Assembly: GCA_951406725.2 (NCBI GenBank)
Contig: OX597822.1
Span: forward strand, 87,048,001 to 87,112,000
Direction of reading: 5' to 3'
From: Octopus vulgaris
Taxonomy: Eukaryota
DNA length: 64,000 nucleotides
Shown: piece after piece, positions 40,408-52,614 of the stretch
Position numbering within the stretch: position 1 is the stretch's first letter
Layout of the letters: each line of letters begins with the position of its first letter
Position numbers and translations under genes: made by a program
The notes under the pieces: model-generated
What the model was told of the DNA's origin: nothing
Seen by the model: the letters and a program-made list of their open reading frames with translations, nothing else
Database searches by the model: none

Positions 40408-41500
40408 ACTACCTTGTTCTTATAGCTGAATCACAACCAGAATTAGAGAAGGAGTTTCAGGTATGGAAGCAAGGTCTAGAATTGAAGGGCCTTAGAGTTA
40501 ACCAAGCAAAAGCCAAAGTCTTAGTAAGTAGGAAGGCAGACAAATTACAAATACCTTCGGGTAGATGGCCCTGTTTGATCTGTAGAAAAGGCGTAGGTAG
40601 AAACTCCTTAAGATGTACCTGTTGTAAGCTATGGATACATAGGAGGTGCAGAAATATCAGAGGAAGGTTAACAGGGAAAATAGCTTTTGTGTGTGGAAGA
40701 TACACAAGAACAATAGACACCAAAAATGTACAGAAAGTAAACTCCATCAACTTCCAGGGGGGTAAGCTAGAGGTGGTAGATAGCTTCTGCTATTTAAGTG
40801 ACCAAGTTAGTAGTGGAAGTGGATACACCAGGGCTAGGCAAAGTTCAGAGAGCTCCTACCTCTGCTGGCAACAAAGGGCCTTCCTCAGAGCGAAAGGCAG
40901 ATTGTATGATGCCTGTGTGTAAACATCTATGCTACATGGCAGTGGAATATGGGCTGTGACAGTCGAAGACATGTATAGGCTTGAAAGAAACAAAGCCAGT
41001 ATGCTTCACTGGATGTGCAATGCCAATGGGCATGTTTGACAGAGTGTAAGCCTCTTGAGAGAAAAGTTGGGTATAAGAGGTGTGCAAGAGAGACGACTGT
41101 GCTGGTATGGTCTTGTAATGTGCATGTCTCTAACTGTGAAGGAAGCCTGTGGTAGAGGTAGATCCAGTAAAACATGGGATGAGGTGGTGAAGCACAATCA
41201 TCAAACTTTGGGCCTCACAGAGGCAATAACTAGTGACAAAAACCTGTCAAGCCATGTGAAATTGTAGTCGTGGTCAATGCTGATGTCATGTAACTGGCCT
41301 GTAAAAAGTGCCTTCCGAGTGTTGGGCCTCATGGAGGCAAAGTGGCTGATGTTGGTGGCATGTGAAAAGCTCCTTACAAGTGTTGGGCCTCACAGAGGCA
41401 ATGACGAATGACTGAGACCTTCGCATTATGCCATGCTTGAGAAGAAGACCCATCAAACCAAGTAAAATTGCAGTCATGGCAGATTCTGGTATCATGCAGA
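40408..41500 (+). mobile_element. 5'-truncated RTE-clade LINE (RT C-terminus with PHD-like Cys/His insert) plus start of 3' UTR
   Basis: LVLIAES..EL...WKQGLE.KGLRVN.AK.KVL, then CxxC...CxxCxxWxHxxC...FVCG, LEVVDSFCYL, KGRLYDACV, RRLCWYG, GRGR..KTWDEVV; repeats gttgggcctcacagaggcaatgac follow. Confidence 0.88.
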
Positions 41501-41793
41501 CACCAGGGCGAATGGAGTGTGGTGGTATGGGTATGTGTTGAGGAGGTACAAGGAGCATGTTCTGAAGAGGGTGCTAGAGTTTGAGATAAATGGGCAGTGA
41601 AAGCAATGTAGACCGAGGAAAATGTGGAGTGGACAGGTAGAGGTGAAGATTTGGAGGGATGGCTTGATAGGGGAGGACACCCAAAACCAGGCGAGATGGT
41701 GCGGGGGTGGTTGCTATGGCATTGAGGTAGATCTGGCCACCCCCATTATCGGGGACAAAACTTGGATTTAAAATGATGGATGATGATGATGAT
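41500..41793 (+). mobile_element. Second RTE LINE 3' terminus with (GAT)n tail
   Basis: WYGYVLRR..EHVLKRVLEFEING...RPRKMW...V....GL..ED..NQARW, then a short UTR and (gat)n. Confidence 0.8.
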
Positions 41794-41889
41794 AAATGTA
41801 GTTGAAATTTATAGAAAAATGGAAGACGAAGACAGGTCTATGAACAACAAGCAAGTATATTAGTTTGATGGTTGGGAAAATGAAGAACA

Positions 41890-41925
41890 CTTTTATGTTT
41901 CGAACCTATGCTCTTCAGCAGAAAG
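41890..41925 (-). ncRNA. Minimal, variant hammerhead-ribozyme-like motif (probably decayed)
   Basis: Minus strand CUUU-cugcugaa-GAGC auag GUUC-GAAAC AUA-AAAG: stem I CUUU/AAAG, stem II GAGC/GUUC, GAAAC box; first core box is atypical. Confidence 0.5.
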
Positions 41926-42343
41926 GAATATAAAAGAAAATAAACAGCAAGAGTATGAAAAAACTTGTAGATTTCAGTGGTCCAGCATAGGAAGTATAAG
42001 AATAAAATATATGTTGGATGTTAAAGTTGCTGTTCCATTATCTGAGGAATGTGCTGTGTAGAATGAGTAAAAAGGCTTCTTGTCCATGGTATGTAAATTC
42101 TGATAGAAGTTCATATTTTGTTGTTACAATTGGATAATAACAAAATATCAACTCCTATTGGAATTTACATGCCAAGGATGGGAAGCCTTTTTACTCATTC
42201 TATGCAGCACATTCTTTGGATAATAGAACTTTAACATCCAACATATATTTTTATTTTTATACTTTCAATATCTCTCCCTTTCCAAAATAATTTCTTATAT
42301 TGACCTCTACTATTTCTTTCTGTTCAACTCTCTCATATCATCT

Positions 42344-42380
42344 CTGATGATGGGATATCTTTTATATCCCTGAAACGGCT
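42344..42380 (+). ncRNA. Truncated hammerhead ribozyme core
   Basis: CTGATGA-t-GGGATAT-ctttt-ATATCCC-t-GAAAC; the cleavage site and 3' stem I are replaced by a family C fragment. Confidence 0.55.
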
Positions 42381-43620
42381 TGTTTGACAGGATCTAACAA
42401 ACTGCAGGGCTGTGTCAGCTTTGGCATGTCATCTACAGGTGAATGTCCTTCCTAATACCAACCACCTTACAGTATGTACTGGTTACCTGTTTTTCTGGCA
42501 CCAAATAACTTGCAAGACATGGAAGGAGAACAGGGATAAAGGAAAAAGCTCTTCTAAATGAGGAAGGGGGTAGTATTTGCAGGGTTGAGGTGGCTTTATG
42601 CCAAGTCTTGAAAGGCTAAAGCATGACAGGGATAAGCACAAGTGTCTTGCTATGGAGGAGATACATGGCTACCCGGCAGTAGATAAGGGAATGTGGAAGT
42701 GACTGGGAAGAAGATGAAGATAATGATGGTAGTGATGAGGTGCCAGAGCAAAGACGAGGCACAAGAGGGTGAGCTTGATGTATATATATATTTCATTGGG
42801 TTTGTCTCATATCCAAGAATTTAATTTTTTTTTTTGCTGATCACTTCCTTTATAGCAATGACATTGATAACTATTGATGACTTCTGGCCTTATATAATCT
42901 TTCCTTTTTGTAGCGAGTTATTGAAATGAAAATAAATTTTTAAAAGAAACAAATTTATCTGTTGAACGTAATAGAAACTGTGTGAGTGTATATACGTGCA
43001 CTAACAAGTCTCTTTCTAAATCCATGAAAAGCTTTTTCTCAAAATTGACGTTTCTCTCTGGAAACACACCATCCTAGGATGCATTACAATTCACTTATTC
43101 TCATTTCGACATTGTTTATTCTGATTTCTCTGCCTTCATTTTTCACTAATTTTTTCATGTTCTCTTTTATCAATAAGCCTTCACCCTTGCTTCTCAAGTA
43201 CATAGATACTCACACATGCATACATATATATGAAAGGCGGTGCTCCAGCATGGCCACAATCAAATGACTGAAGCAAGTAGAAGAATATATATATATATGT
43301 GTGTGTGTGTGCGTGTGTCACTTTTATTATATTCACAGTCACATCTATGCCGGACACATATACACCACAATTGCTTTTCTCTACATTTTTCCCTTCTCCT
43401 AATTTCCCCTTTTCGCTTTTCGTTTTCCTTCTCAGTGAATACTTAGTGCTATCATTAAAGAGAGCAATGCAAATATATTCATAATCTCCAACCAAACAAT
43501 CCATGCAAACTCCTTCCTATATTCCTCCAACTACAAACTTCATTCTGCTGTTTGGACTCATTCCTTTTAAACATGTCAAATAATTTTCTTATTTTCTTTC
43601 TACTTTTTGTTTTCCTTCCC

Positions 43621-43665
<45 letters not shown>

Positions 43666-44679
43666 CCTCTTTCTCTCCCTCCCCCCTCTCTCTCTCTCTC
43701 AAGGCTCTTGTTCATATTTTTTTTTCAAATGCTTTCATATCTTCCAAGTACAGAAGAATTATTCTTGTACTTGATGTTCTTATTTATGATTTTCCTTTTG
43801 TGTTATGTAAAAGAAAAAGAATGAAACAAAACTAAATATTTGTTTAGTTTTAGTCTAAGCTTCTTCTTTCGTGTATTTTTTCATCATTTTTTCTTTCTTT
43901 TTTTGTTTTCTTTTTTACTTTTCTTCACCCATTTTACTTTCTTTCTCTTTTATTTCCTGGTGGGGGGGAGGGTTCTTTTTTTATTTGTCATCTTGTTGTT
44001 GTTTTCTCTTTCTTCTTGTTCTTTTGTCTGCTTCCTCACTTTCTCTGAAGTTCAGCATTTGTTGCCCAGGGGGCACTGTGCAATCTTAATGACTTGCTTT
44101 AGACTGGACTCTGTGTTGGAAATGGAAACTACAGGAGAAGTTTGAAACTGAAGGAAAAGTAAACTCAAACAGTGACCTTGCTTATTATTTAGGAATGGAA
44201 TGGGTGGGGTGGGGTGGGGGTGGAAAGTAGTCAAATAGTTGACTGTGAGTAACAGCAGGGGCACTGGCCTAGATATCAATGAAGGACCCTGATCCAATAA
44301 CTAAAAACCTGCTTGAATGATTCAATGAAAATAAGTAGACAAGTTATTGATGTTGTTGCGTAGACCCATGATGAAAAGTATTCCTGTTCCAGCCATGACC
44401 ATCCTGTCTTTTAAAAGTATCTATGACTATATTATCTAATGTTTCTTTTCCTTATTTAAAATAGCGAATATTTTATCCATAGCTCTTTTGACTAAGGCTT
44501 ACTTTTTCCAGTTTACAACTGATAATTCAAACCAAGTTGTTTAAAAGAGATTTAGTTGTATTTTCTAGCATATTGGGCAACTCCATAGAAGCTTTCCTGT
44601 TAGCTTATAGTTGATGAATTACTTTATTTAGTGACATAATTAGTGTGGGAGATTAATTTAACTTCAGTTAAATTAATTT

Positions 44680-44915
44680 TTTGGCTCAAAAAGCAAAAGC
44701 AAGGCCATGTAGGGGAACATGAAGTTATGTACAGGGTGGTGTTCATGCAAAGAGTTCAGGCCATTTCTGGTCAAGAGAGACTTTGAACCGAGCGGTCGTC
44801 AGCATCTTCACTATCTTGTCCGGCAGCTTATTCCACTGGTCTGCAACCCGGACGGAGAAAGCCCCTCTCCTTCGATTGAGATGAAATCGTCGCAGATAGA
44901 GCTTGACAGTCAGTG
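44680..44915 (-). mobile_element. CR1/L2-group LINE 3' end
   Basis: Minus strand KLYLRRFHLNRRRGAFSVRVADQWNKLPDKIVKMLTTARFKVSLDQKWPELFA* is the classic F..RV...WN.LP...V......FK..LD terminus, followed by a short UTR. Confidence 0.88.
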
Positions 44916-45413
44916 AACAAAACTGAGAACTCAGGTGAAAGCAAAAGAGTTCTTTGTATACTAAAAGAACATTATATAAGTTGTATGTAAGAAATGTGCC
45001 TCAATGATTCATAAACAGTGTGTTTTTGAAGATACGTAGCAAGTGGAGAAGAAAGGCTTGCATGTGGTCATTGGGTATGAAATGTCAGCATATGAACAAG
45101 TTCAGTGAAAACCAGTTGCAAAAGCATCGGAGCAAAAACTGTTCCTTGAGACTCAGACATGGAAAAGCAATGGAAGAATGCAATAAATATTTAAAGTAGA
45201 ATCATTCCATTGGAGCATTATATAAAGAAACATACAAACAGAAGTATAAGTTTTTATACACACACTCACACATACACCCACATATACACATACATATTTG
45301 TTTGAGGAGGGTTCATAAGTCAGGAAAAAAAAGAGCACAGTTGTTATAAGGTAATATAGAGAGTATATTATTAAAACAGTGTTATAAACTATATGGCACT
45401 ATTTATATCACTG

Positions 45414-45476
<63 letters not shown>
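45414..45476. repeat. (TAA)n microsatellite flanking the R4/Dong element
   Basis: Seen directly; a second (TAA)n lies at 46373-46401. Confidence 0.95.
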
Positions 45477-45477
<1 letters not shown>

Positions 45478-46370
45478 GACAAAATCCAAGTAGATTCCCA
45501 ATGTAGGCTATGCAAATCAAAAGAGGGAAGAGTTACTCATACAATAAATGAATGTAGCATGCTGGCACAGAAAGAATACAAGAAAAGACATGACAATCTA
45601 GGGAGAGTAGTCTACAGGGTGTTATGTAGAAAGCTAGGATTTGAGCATATTGATAAATGGTATGAACATGAACCTAGTAAAGTACTATCTATCTATCTAT
45701 CTATCTACCCGCTCAGTCGAAGTCGACTCTCGGTTACTCGTTGGATCAGTGTCCTCCAGTCAGTTCTAACCTGGGCCGCTTCTTTCAGATTGGCTATGTC
45801 CATTCTGGTATCACTCTTGATGGTGTCAAGCCAGCGGGTTCTTGGTCGGCCTCTTCCCCTCTTGCCACTGACCATTACACAGAGATGATTACACTGATCC
45901 CAGAGTAAAGTACTAGAAAGTAAGAAATGTAAGATGTTGTGGGACTTTAACATTCAGACTGACATAGTAATAGAAGTTAGAAGGCTTGATTTGGTTGTAG
46001 TAGATAAAGAGAATAGAAAGTGTCTGATAATTGACTTTACAATCCCAAATGATGAGAAAATCAATATGAGAGGTATAGAAAAAATAGCAAAGTACCAGGA
46101 CCTAGTCATTGAATTAGAGAGACTATGGAAAGTGCAGGTAAAATGTATCCCAGCAGTTATAGGTGCATTGGGAACTATCCCTAAAGATCTGAACAGATGG
46201 GTAGAGGAAATAGGTATGAAACCTAGTTTAGTACTGCTCTAGAGAACAGTGTTATTAGGGACAGTTAGGATATTTAGGAGGGTTCTTGGCATCTAAGGTT
46301 ACTTGTTGTAACCTGATGTAGCCTGATGTTAGGATTATTTCTTTTCCAACTCAAGTCTGTTGTGACTATA

Positions 46371-46372
<2 letters not shown>
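45477..46372 (+). mobile_element. 5'-truncated R4/Dong-clade LINE (CCHC finger + restriction-like endonuclease)
   Basis: CRLC....RVTHTINECSMLAQKEYKKRHDNL...KWYEHEP, then LWDFNIQTD...RRLDLVVVDK...LIIDFTIP.D......EKIAKYQDL..EL.RLW....IP.VIGALG; flanked by (TAA)n on both sides. Confidence 0.92.
45688..45903 (-). mobile_element. Young BovB-like RTE 3' fragment nested in the Dong element, with 12-bp TSD
   Basis: GKRGRGRPRTRWLDTIKSDTRMDIANLKEAAQVRTDWRTLIQRVTESRLRLSG* followed by a (TAGA)n tail; TSD agtaaagtacta at 45676-45687 and 45904-45915. Confidence 0.93.
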
Positions 46373-46403
<31 letters not shown>

Positions 46404-46576
46404 TGGTGCTTGGGTGTTGAGTGTCTCCCATTGATAAGTTAACATCCAAGTACCAAAGCTTATAATTTGTGGAAAGAGACCCTGTAAGACCTCTGACATG
46501 TTGCTGTCTACTCTCACAGAATCAATGAGAGCAAGTAAAATTGAGAGCTCTGAGAAGTAAATTAATAATGATTTCA

Positions 46577-46760
46577 AATTTTGGCACAAGGCCAGCAACG
46601 TCAGGAGATGGTGTGAGATGATTACACTGACCCCAGAGTTCAACTGGTACTTATTTTATTGAGCCCAAAAGGATGAAAGGCAAAACAGACCTCAGCAAAA
46701 TTTGGACTAAGACCATAAAGATGGGCTAATTGCCACTAAGCATTTTGCCAGCTTGGTGTC
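46577..46760 (-). mobile_element. Old SINE family B copy
   Basis: tttggcacaaggccagcaa...gaccccag..ctggtacttattttattgagcccaaaaggatgaaaggcaaa. Confidence 0.75.
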
Positions 46761-46779
46761 ATAATAACAAAATTATAGT

Positions 46780-48130
46780 AATAAGAGAGGAAGAACATGA
46801 AACAGATGGAAACTGCAGAGTACCAGAGAATATTGATAAAGTAACTAATGAAGGCAATCTAGATGGACAAGTAACAGTAAGTATTGCCCAAGATTTGAAT
46901 GATGAAGTGAAGGAAATTTTTAGGAAATGTTGCAAGGTAAAATGTCTGATGGGAACAATGAAGTAGCACCAAATGTAAGACATATGGACAGAAAATGAGC
47001 GAGGAAAGTCAGAGGCAAAGTAAATGACATTTTAAGCTTGATTTAAACAGAAAACCTCAGTGAAACAAATCAGCTAATCACAGTTGGTGTTAATGTCATA
47101 GCTAAGCTAGAAGGCTACAAGCGAAAAACTGAAGATATAAAAGCAAATGGAAAGTAAGAAGCAAACTGGAGGAAGAGAATAGGAATGAAGCTGGAAAAGA
47201 CACGGAAAGAAGTGGGGCAATTGAATAGAATAATGAGAGGAGAGCTCATGAATAAGGTAGTGATCAGAAAATTGAATGGACGGTACAGGTTAGAAGAAAG
47301 CGAGGAAACAAACAACAGTACATGAAGAATTGACACAAAAAGTGACAGCATTAAAGGCCGGATTGAAAAAATAGAATGCTACATGCTAAGGTTTTGAACA
47401 GAATAGACTGTTCCAATAAAATAGAAGGTATCTATTTGAGGAAATAGAGGGAGGCCAACACCAAGAACTGATTCCAGATGCAGAAGACAGTAAAGAATTT
47501 CAAGGAAGACTGTGGAATAGGCCAGCAAGACATAAAGAAAGTGTAGAGTGGATAACAAAGGTGGAAAGACAACTTGCCACTGTACCAAGACAAAAGGACT
47601 TCAAAATTAATCTATATACTGTGAGACAGAAGTTTTTTAAAAAAATAGCAAATTGGAAAGGACCAGGTTTGGATGGAGTACAAGGCTGTTGGCTGAAGAA
47701 CTTTACACAGTTGCATGAAAGGATAGCTGCATAACTGGATGATTGCCTGTAGCAAGGTCACATACTTGCCTGGATAACGAGTGGACGAATGCAGCTATGC
47801 CTCAAGGATTCCTTGAAAGGGAATTCAGCATCAAATTTTCAACCTATAACCTGTTTAGCACTAATGTGGAAGCTTATGGCTGATGTCTGGGCAGAACAGT
47901 TATACAACCATCTTGGAAGTAGCAATCTACTTCCAGAAGAACAGAAAAGATATAGGAAAGAAAGTAAGGCAACAAAAGATCATTTATTAGTTGATAAAAT
48001 GATAAGAAATTGTAGAAGCAGATTGACAGGACTGAATGTAGCATGGCTAGATTATGAAAAAGCATATGACATGGTTCCACACAGTTGGATAAGTAAAAAA
48101 ATGAAACATGTTTGGAACAGGAAAAAACTC
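46780..48130 (+). mobile_element. Older R4/Dong-clade LINE fragment (N-terminal region and RT)
   Basis: NWKGPGLDGVQGCWLKNFTQLHERIA, KD..KGN.ASNF.PITCL..MWKL, LLPEEQK..RK.S..TKD.LL.DK, AWLDY.KAYDMVPHSWI; many stops. Confidence 0.88.
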
Positions 48131-48169
48131 TTAACCACCATGCCATATGCCCGTGGGCAATTATGGAAT

Positions 48170-48680
48170 GAATTTTAGGGCTTATAAATCTAATATTTTC
48201 CCATCCTTCCTTGATACCGGTTCCCATATACTACTCATATCTGCACTCAGTCTGCTTAGGAGGTTGTTGTGTCCTAGCATATGTGCTGCTTCTTTTAGTT
48301 TTCATATTTTCCACTGGTATCCTCTGTCTATTATTTTAACTTCATCCCACAGTGGGGAGGTGGTCTCAATTTTCCCACACATGATCATCTATACCCAATT
48401 TATTAATATCTCCTCATGTCACAGCTTTGCGATGTTCGTCTACCCTTATTTTGAGGGGCGGCATGTTTCACCTTTGTATAACTCACCACAGCTGCATGGG
48501 ATGGAGTGCATGTAGTCTTTGGTCATATTCTCTTCTATTGGTGGTTTTACACGAAGGAAATATTTGCGAAGTGTTGTATTACTCTTGAATACTGTCCTGG
48601 TGTCATATGGGCTGCATATCTTTTGTATCTTTTTGGAGAAGCCTTTCACATAGGAAGCATGACCAGTTAACAAGTGTCAC
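48170..48680 (-). mobile_element. Penelope-like element fragment (linker + GIY-YIG endonuclease)
   Basis: YVKGFSKKIQKICSPYDTRTVFKSNTTLRKY.LRVK......K..HSIPCSCGELYKGETCRP matches the Penelope PYxxG...VYxIPCxCGxxYIGETxR pattern. Confidence 0.88.
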
Positions 48681-48747
48681 CTCAGTCTGCTGACCATGGA
48701 CAGCTGAAACTTTCCATCATACCCAGCAAAATAAGCTGTGAGTTTTC

Positions 48748-48791
<44 letters not shown>

Positions 48792-48799
48792 TAATTAAT

Positions 48800-48952
48800 T
48801 GGCATAAAGCCAAAACTTTAGGGGATTATATTGATCTCAAAAGGATAAAAAGCAAAGTCAACCTCAACTGAATTTGAACTCGGAATATAAAGAGAGACAC
48901 AACAACACTAAGTATTGTGTCCAGTGAGTTAATGATTTTGCCAGCTCGCCAC
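48800..48952 (-). mobile_element. Old SINE family B copy
   Basis: aggataaaaagcaaagtcaacctc..aatttgaactc...gattttgccagctcgcc. Confidence 0.7.
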
Positions 48953-49599
48953 TTTAGTAATAATTATAATTTTAGTAATGTGTCTGTGTAGGTAGAAAGA
49001 TAGACAGACAGACATATGTGTATTTATCATTTGTATGCTTTCATGTATGTAGACACATTCTCCAGGATTTATAGTGTTACTATCTGCAACTATCAACAAT
49101 GGGCCAACAACACTTCCTCAGTAAATTTGTTTAATGTGTAATTAATTAATAACAAAATGTAAATGACAAACTAATATTCTACTTGCCTTCCTACTGGTCT
49201 TGTTATGACAAACTTTTTTTTTTTTATGTGGTCCACACATGTTACAGTGTTATTATTTTCGTAGATGTCACTAAATCTCAGAATATCTATCTTGGTAGCC
49301 ATTGTGTCTGTCTTCTTTTTCTGTGACTCTGTCTTTGTCCTTTCTTTTTCTTTTTCTCTTTCTGCCTCTCTGTTTATCAGTCTTGCTATTTCTTTCCACT
49401 TTCTCTGCCTGTCATTATTTCATATTCTGTGTTGTTGTCTTTTTAGTTACATTTCTCAGGCATGAGGTTTGTGTTCAGAGAAAATCATGAGGTTGTAGGA
49501 GAGAAGTGTGTTCAGATGGATGATAGTACACTTGCACTTAGTGGATTCAGCCAAAATCTTTTAGCTAAATAAATATATATGTATCTATATCATATTTCC

Positions 49600-50680
49600 A
49601 TTTTAGCCATTTATTCAGTGAGATCCTTGTAGCTGATGCAATCTCACAAGTTTTCTCAATATCAGTGTCTGTGGTTGTTAGAGACAAAGATCATCTCGAC
49701 TTAGAATTTCTAAGTATTTGAAAGCTTTTGATAGTTTGAATGGCATTTGGTTAAAACCCGATTCAACTGGGCAAGAAGGAAGAAAGGTAATGAAATGTAA
49801 TTTTAATTCCTGCCAAAGCAATGGGAATTTCTTGGCAATTTCACTACTTGTTTGTAAGTTACTCTGCAACTCAATAAAATTTTCTTGTAGTCTGATATCC
49901 ATATCAGATGCATTTGACCCAAATGGGTCTTCTATGCAACCTGGAATGTTCATTTTCAGGAAATTTTTTTAGCCTAGTTTCCTTATCAGTGAGAAGTTTC
50001 TTCAAATGCTCAATGTACACTAAAATATCACCCTCTTACAGTTTGTCCTCAATTGCAGCAAGGGTAAAGAAATGCATCAATTCCTTATACTCAACATTTA
50101 TGCTGAAAGTTTTCCAAGAAAGCTTGAGTAGGTTCTTTATAAATGAAAAGAAATGTATTTTTACCTTGAATGCTGGGGCGTCATGGAGGCAATGTGACAT
50201 GTGATTGAGACCTTTGGCAATACGCTGTGCTTGCAAAGACCTGTCAAGCTAAGTGAAATCATAGTCGTGGCCGATGCCAGTGCTGTGTAATTAGCACCCA
50301 TGCTGGTGGCACGTAAAAAGCATCCACAACACTGTTGAAGTGGTTGGCATTAGGAAAGGCATCCAGCCATAGAAACCATGCCAAATGACATTGCTACTTG
50401 GTGCAGCTCCCCAGCTTACCAGTGTTCAGTCAAACCGTCTAACCCATGCCAGCATGGAAAACGGATGTTAAATGAAGATGAAGATGATGATGATGGCTGT
50501 TTGTTAAACAAATTTAACTTCTCAAATATGCCTGAAAAATAGAATATTTGGCACATAGAATTTTGTCTCAAAGTGCTTAGAATTTAGAAACATTTTAACA
50601 TTGTCCCAGAGTTCAAATAAAGTGATGCAACCTTTTGAGATTGTCACAGGATGTATGAACTTCAAAACAGTAATTTAATA
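49600..50680 (-). mobile_element. hAT (Buster/Charlie, ZBED5/SCAND3-like) transposase C-terminal remnant, split by an RTE tail
   Basis: IFEKLNLFNKQ|..QGK across the insertion; LQENFIELQSN..KFPLLW...K..FITF.PS..VESGF.......LEI..R.DL.L matches the hAT dimerisation region. Confidence 0.8.
50176..50494 (+). mobile_element. RTE 3' end (family C) inserted in the hAT remnant
   Basis: Starts gcgtcatggaggcaatg (shared with the 41.3-41.4 kb LINE UTR) and ends ccatgccagcatggaaaacggatgttaaat(gat)n. Confidence 0.85.
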
Positions 50681-52064
50681 TATAATTTAATTTATTCATC
50701 AATGACAAATAATTATCAAAGTATCGAATGAATCCCTTTTTTCTTGGTCATGATGGAACTTAAGAGACTCGAGAAAATCTATTGTATGTATGCATGTCTA
50801 TATTTTTGTGCATTAAATTTTAAAGTCCCCTTTCATTGAGCCTGTGCCCTGCCACTTCATTTTAATTGCATTCCTGACAATTGCACAATTGCTTTGATTG
50901 CATAACCTTTCACAATACAGATCTGTTTAGCTTAAAATAAAAGAAAAAGAAAAAGTAGTTAATTGTATATATGAATACATTTCAGATAATTGTATTAGAT
51001 TTTTCTTGTTTTTTGTTTGATAACGCAAATTCACAAAATATTGCCTAAAATAGGATATTGATTTGATTTGCGACAAATTCATTATTTTCCTGACAGTTGT
51101 GATCACTTTAATCTCTATGTCAAAAGAATTATATATATATTCAAGAGACCCCTTCAATGAATTTAAGGCTATTAAATTTCAGATTCTGATGTAATTCCTT
51201 TTATCTTATTTTCAACTGTGCTATCAATTTCTTCAGTGAATAACTCTTTATTGTAAACTTTATAGAAAGATAAGATTTGAATTAAGGCAAATGGACAGAA
51301 TGTGTTGTTTTCCTTTCCCACTACACTAACTTACCATCTAAGTCAATGAATTTGTTCTTAACTTAAACAACCCTTATTGGTGTCTTTGATTAATTCAAAG
51401 GATATGAAAGCCATGGTCAGGACTTACGAAAACAGTTTAAGCTTTGCTAATTATGAAAGAATATCCAAAAGAACTGAAAAACTTCATATGGAATAAGTCA
51501 AACAATGAATGTCATGTCAATATCTATCAATAGTAAATAATTTAAACTGGTTTGTAACCTTTGGAAATGATGAGTAAAATAATGTAAGAGTCATTGTTGT
51601 AATGTAGATTGGGTAAGTTTAAGAATATCGAGTAAAACTGAAGAACATCCAAATATTTAGGTTTAACAGTTGTTATGTCAATAAATATTTATGAAGAAAT
51701 AGCTTGAACTGAAGGTTTGTGTCAAGCTTTCTTCTCTCTATTGCTTCTGTTCTGTGCTCATGGATGGATAGATTCTCTTCTGAGAATGGAAGACGGTATA
51801 TGAATTACAACCAAGTGCTAAGTTAACTGACCAACTATCAGTACCAGGTGATGACAGACAGAATGATGGCACCAGGTGATGACAGACAGAATGACTGATC
51901 TATACATAGGAGAAAAAAGAAAAGTTACATTTATAACTCTGAAACCTTGATATACTGACCAATAGCCTTGGCCCAAACTAGCTGCAGTAGAACTATGTTA
52001 GTGACCTGGTCACAGTTTGTGCAACCAAAATGTTGACAATAAATAATTTTAAGTGGAGTTACAA

Positions 52065-52531
52065 AAAACCTGTTGAACCGAGTGAAATCATGGTTGTGGC
52101 TGAAGATAGTGCCGCTGCCAGCACATAAAAAGCACCATTCAAGCATGGCCGATGCCAGTGCCACCTGACTGGCATCTGTGCTGGGTGGCACGTGAAAAGC
52201 ACCATTTGAGTGTGGCTGATGCCAGTGTCGCCTGACTGGTATCCATACTGGTGGCACGTAAAATGCACCATTCGAGCATGGCTGATGCCAGTGCTGCCTG
52301 ACTGGTGGGTGGTGCATAAAAAGCACCATTTGAGCATTGTCAATGCCCATGCCACCTGACAGGCTCCTGTGCCAGTGGCATGTAAAAGCACTCACTACAC
52401 TCTTGGAGTGATTGGTGTTAGGAAGGGCATCCTGGTGCAGCCTCCTGGCTTGCCAGTTCTCAGTCAAACCTTCCAACCCATGCCAGCATGGAAGGTGGAT
52501 GTTAAACAATGACATTGATGTTGATGATGAT
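52065..52531 (+). mobile_element. RTE 3' UTR (family C) with ~5 internal tandem units
   Basis: Repeats of aaaagcaccattcgagcatggctgatgccagtg..cctgactgg, then the family C terminus. Confidence 0.85.
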
Positions 52532-52557
52532 ATATACATATACATACATGCATACAT

Positions 52558-52614
<57 letters not shown>

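Larger units (their letters stand above)
41800..42380. mobile_element. Degenerate Penelope-like terminal repeat region with an inverted repeat and two hammerhead-like motifs
   Basis: Inverted repeat 41992-42079 versus 42182-42264; hammerhead-like motifs on the minus strand at 41890-41925 and the plus strand at 42344-42380. Confidence 0.6.

Noticed and set aside
51195-51245. Minus-strand CTGAAGA-aattg..cagtt-GAAA
   Set aside because: Stem II is plausible, but there is no stem III, cleavage triplet or stem I; likely chance in AT-rich DNA.
51843-51894. Short tandem duplication accaggtgatgacagacagaatga x2 (similar small duplications at 1-50, 9078-9116 and 28426-28500)
   Set aside because: Ordinary slippage duplications with no further structure.
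52130-52400. CRISPR-like regularly spaced repeats (also at 12.4-12.7 kb)
   Set aside because: Whole units are homologous (no unique spacers), the context is a eukaryotic LINE 3' UTR, and there are no cas genes.
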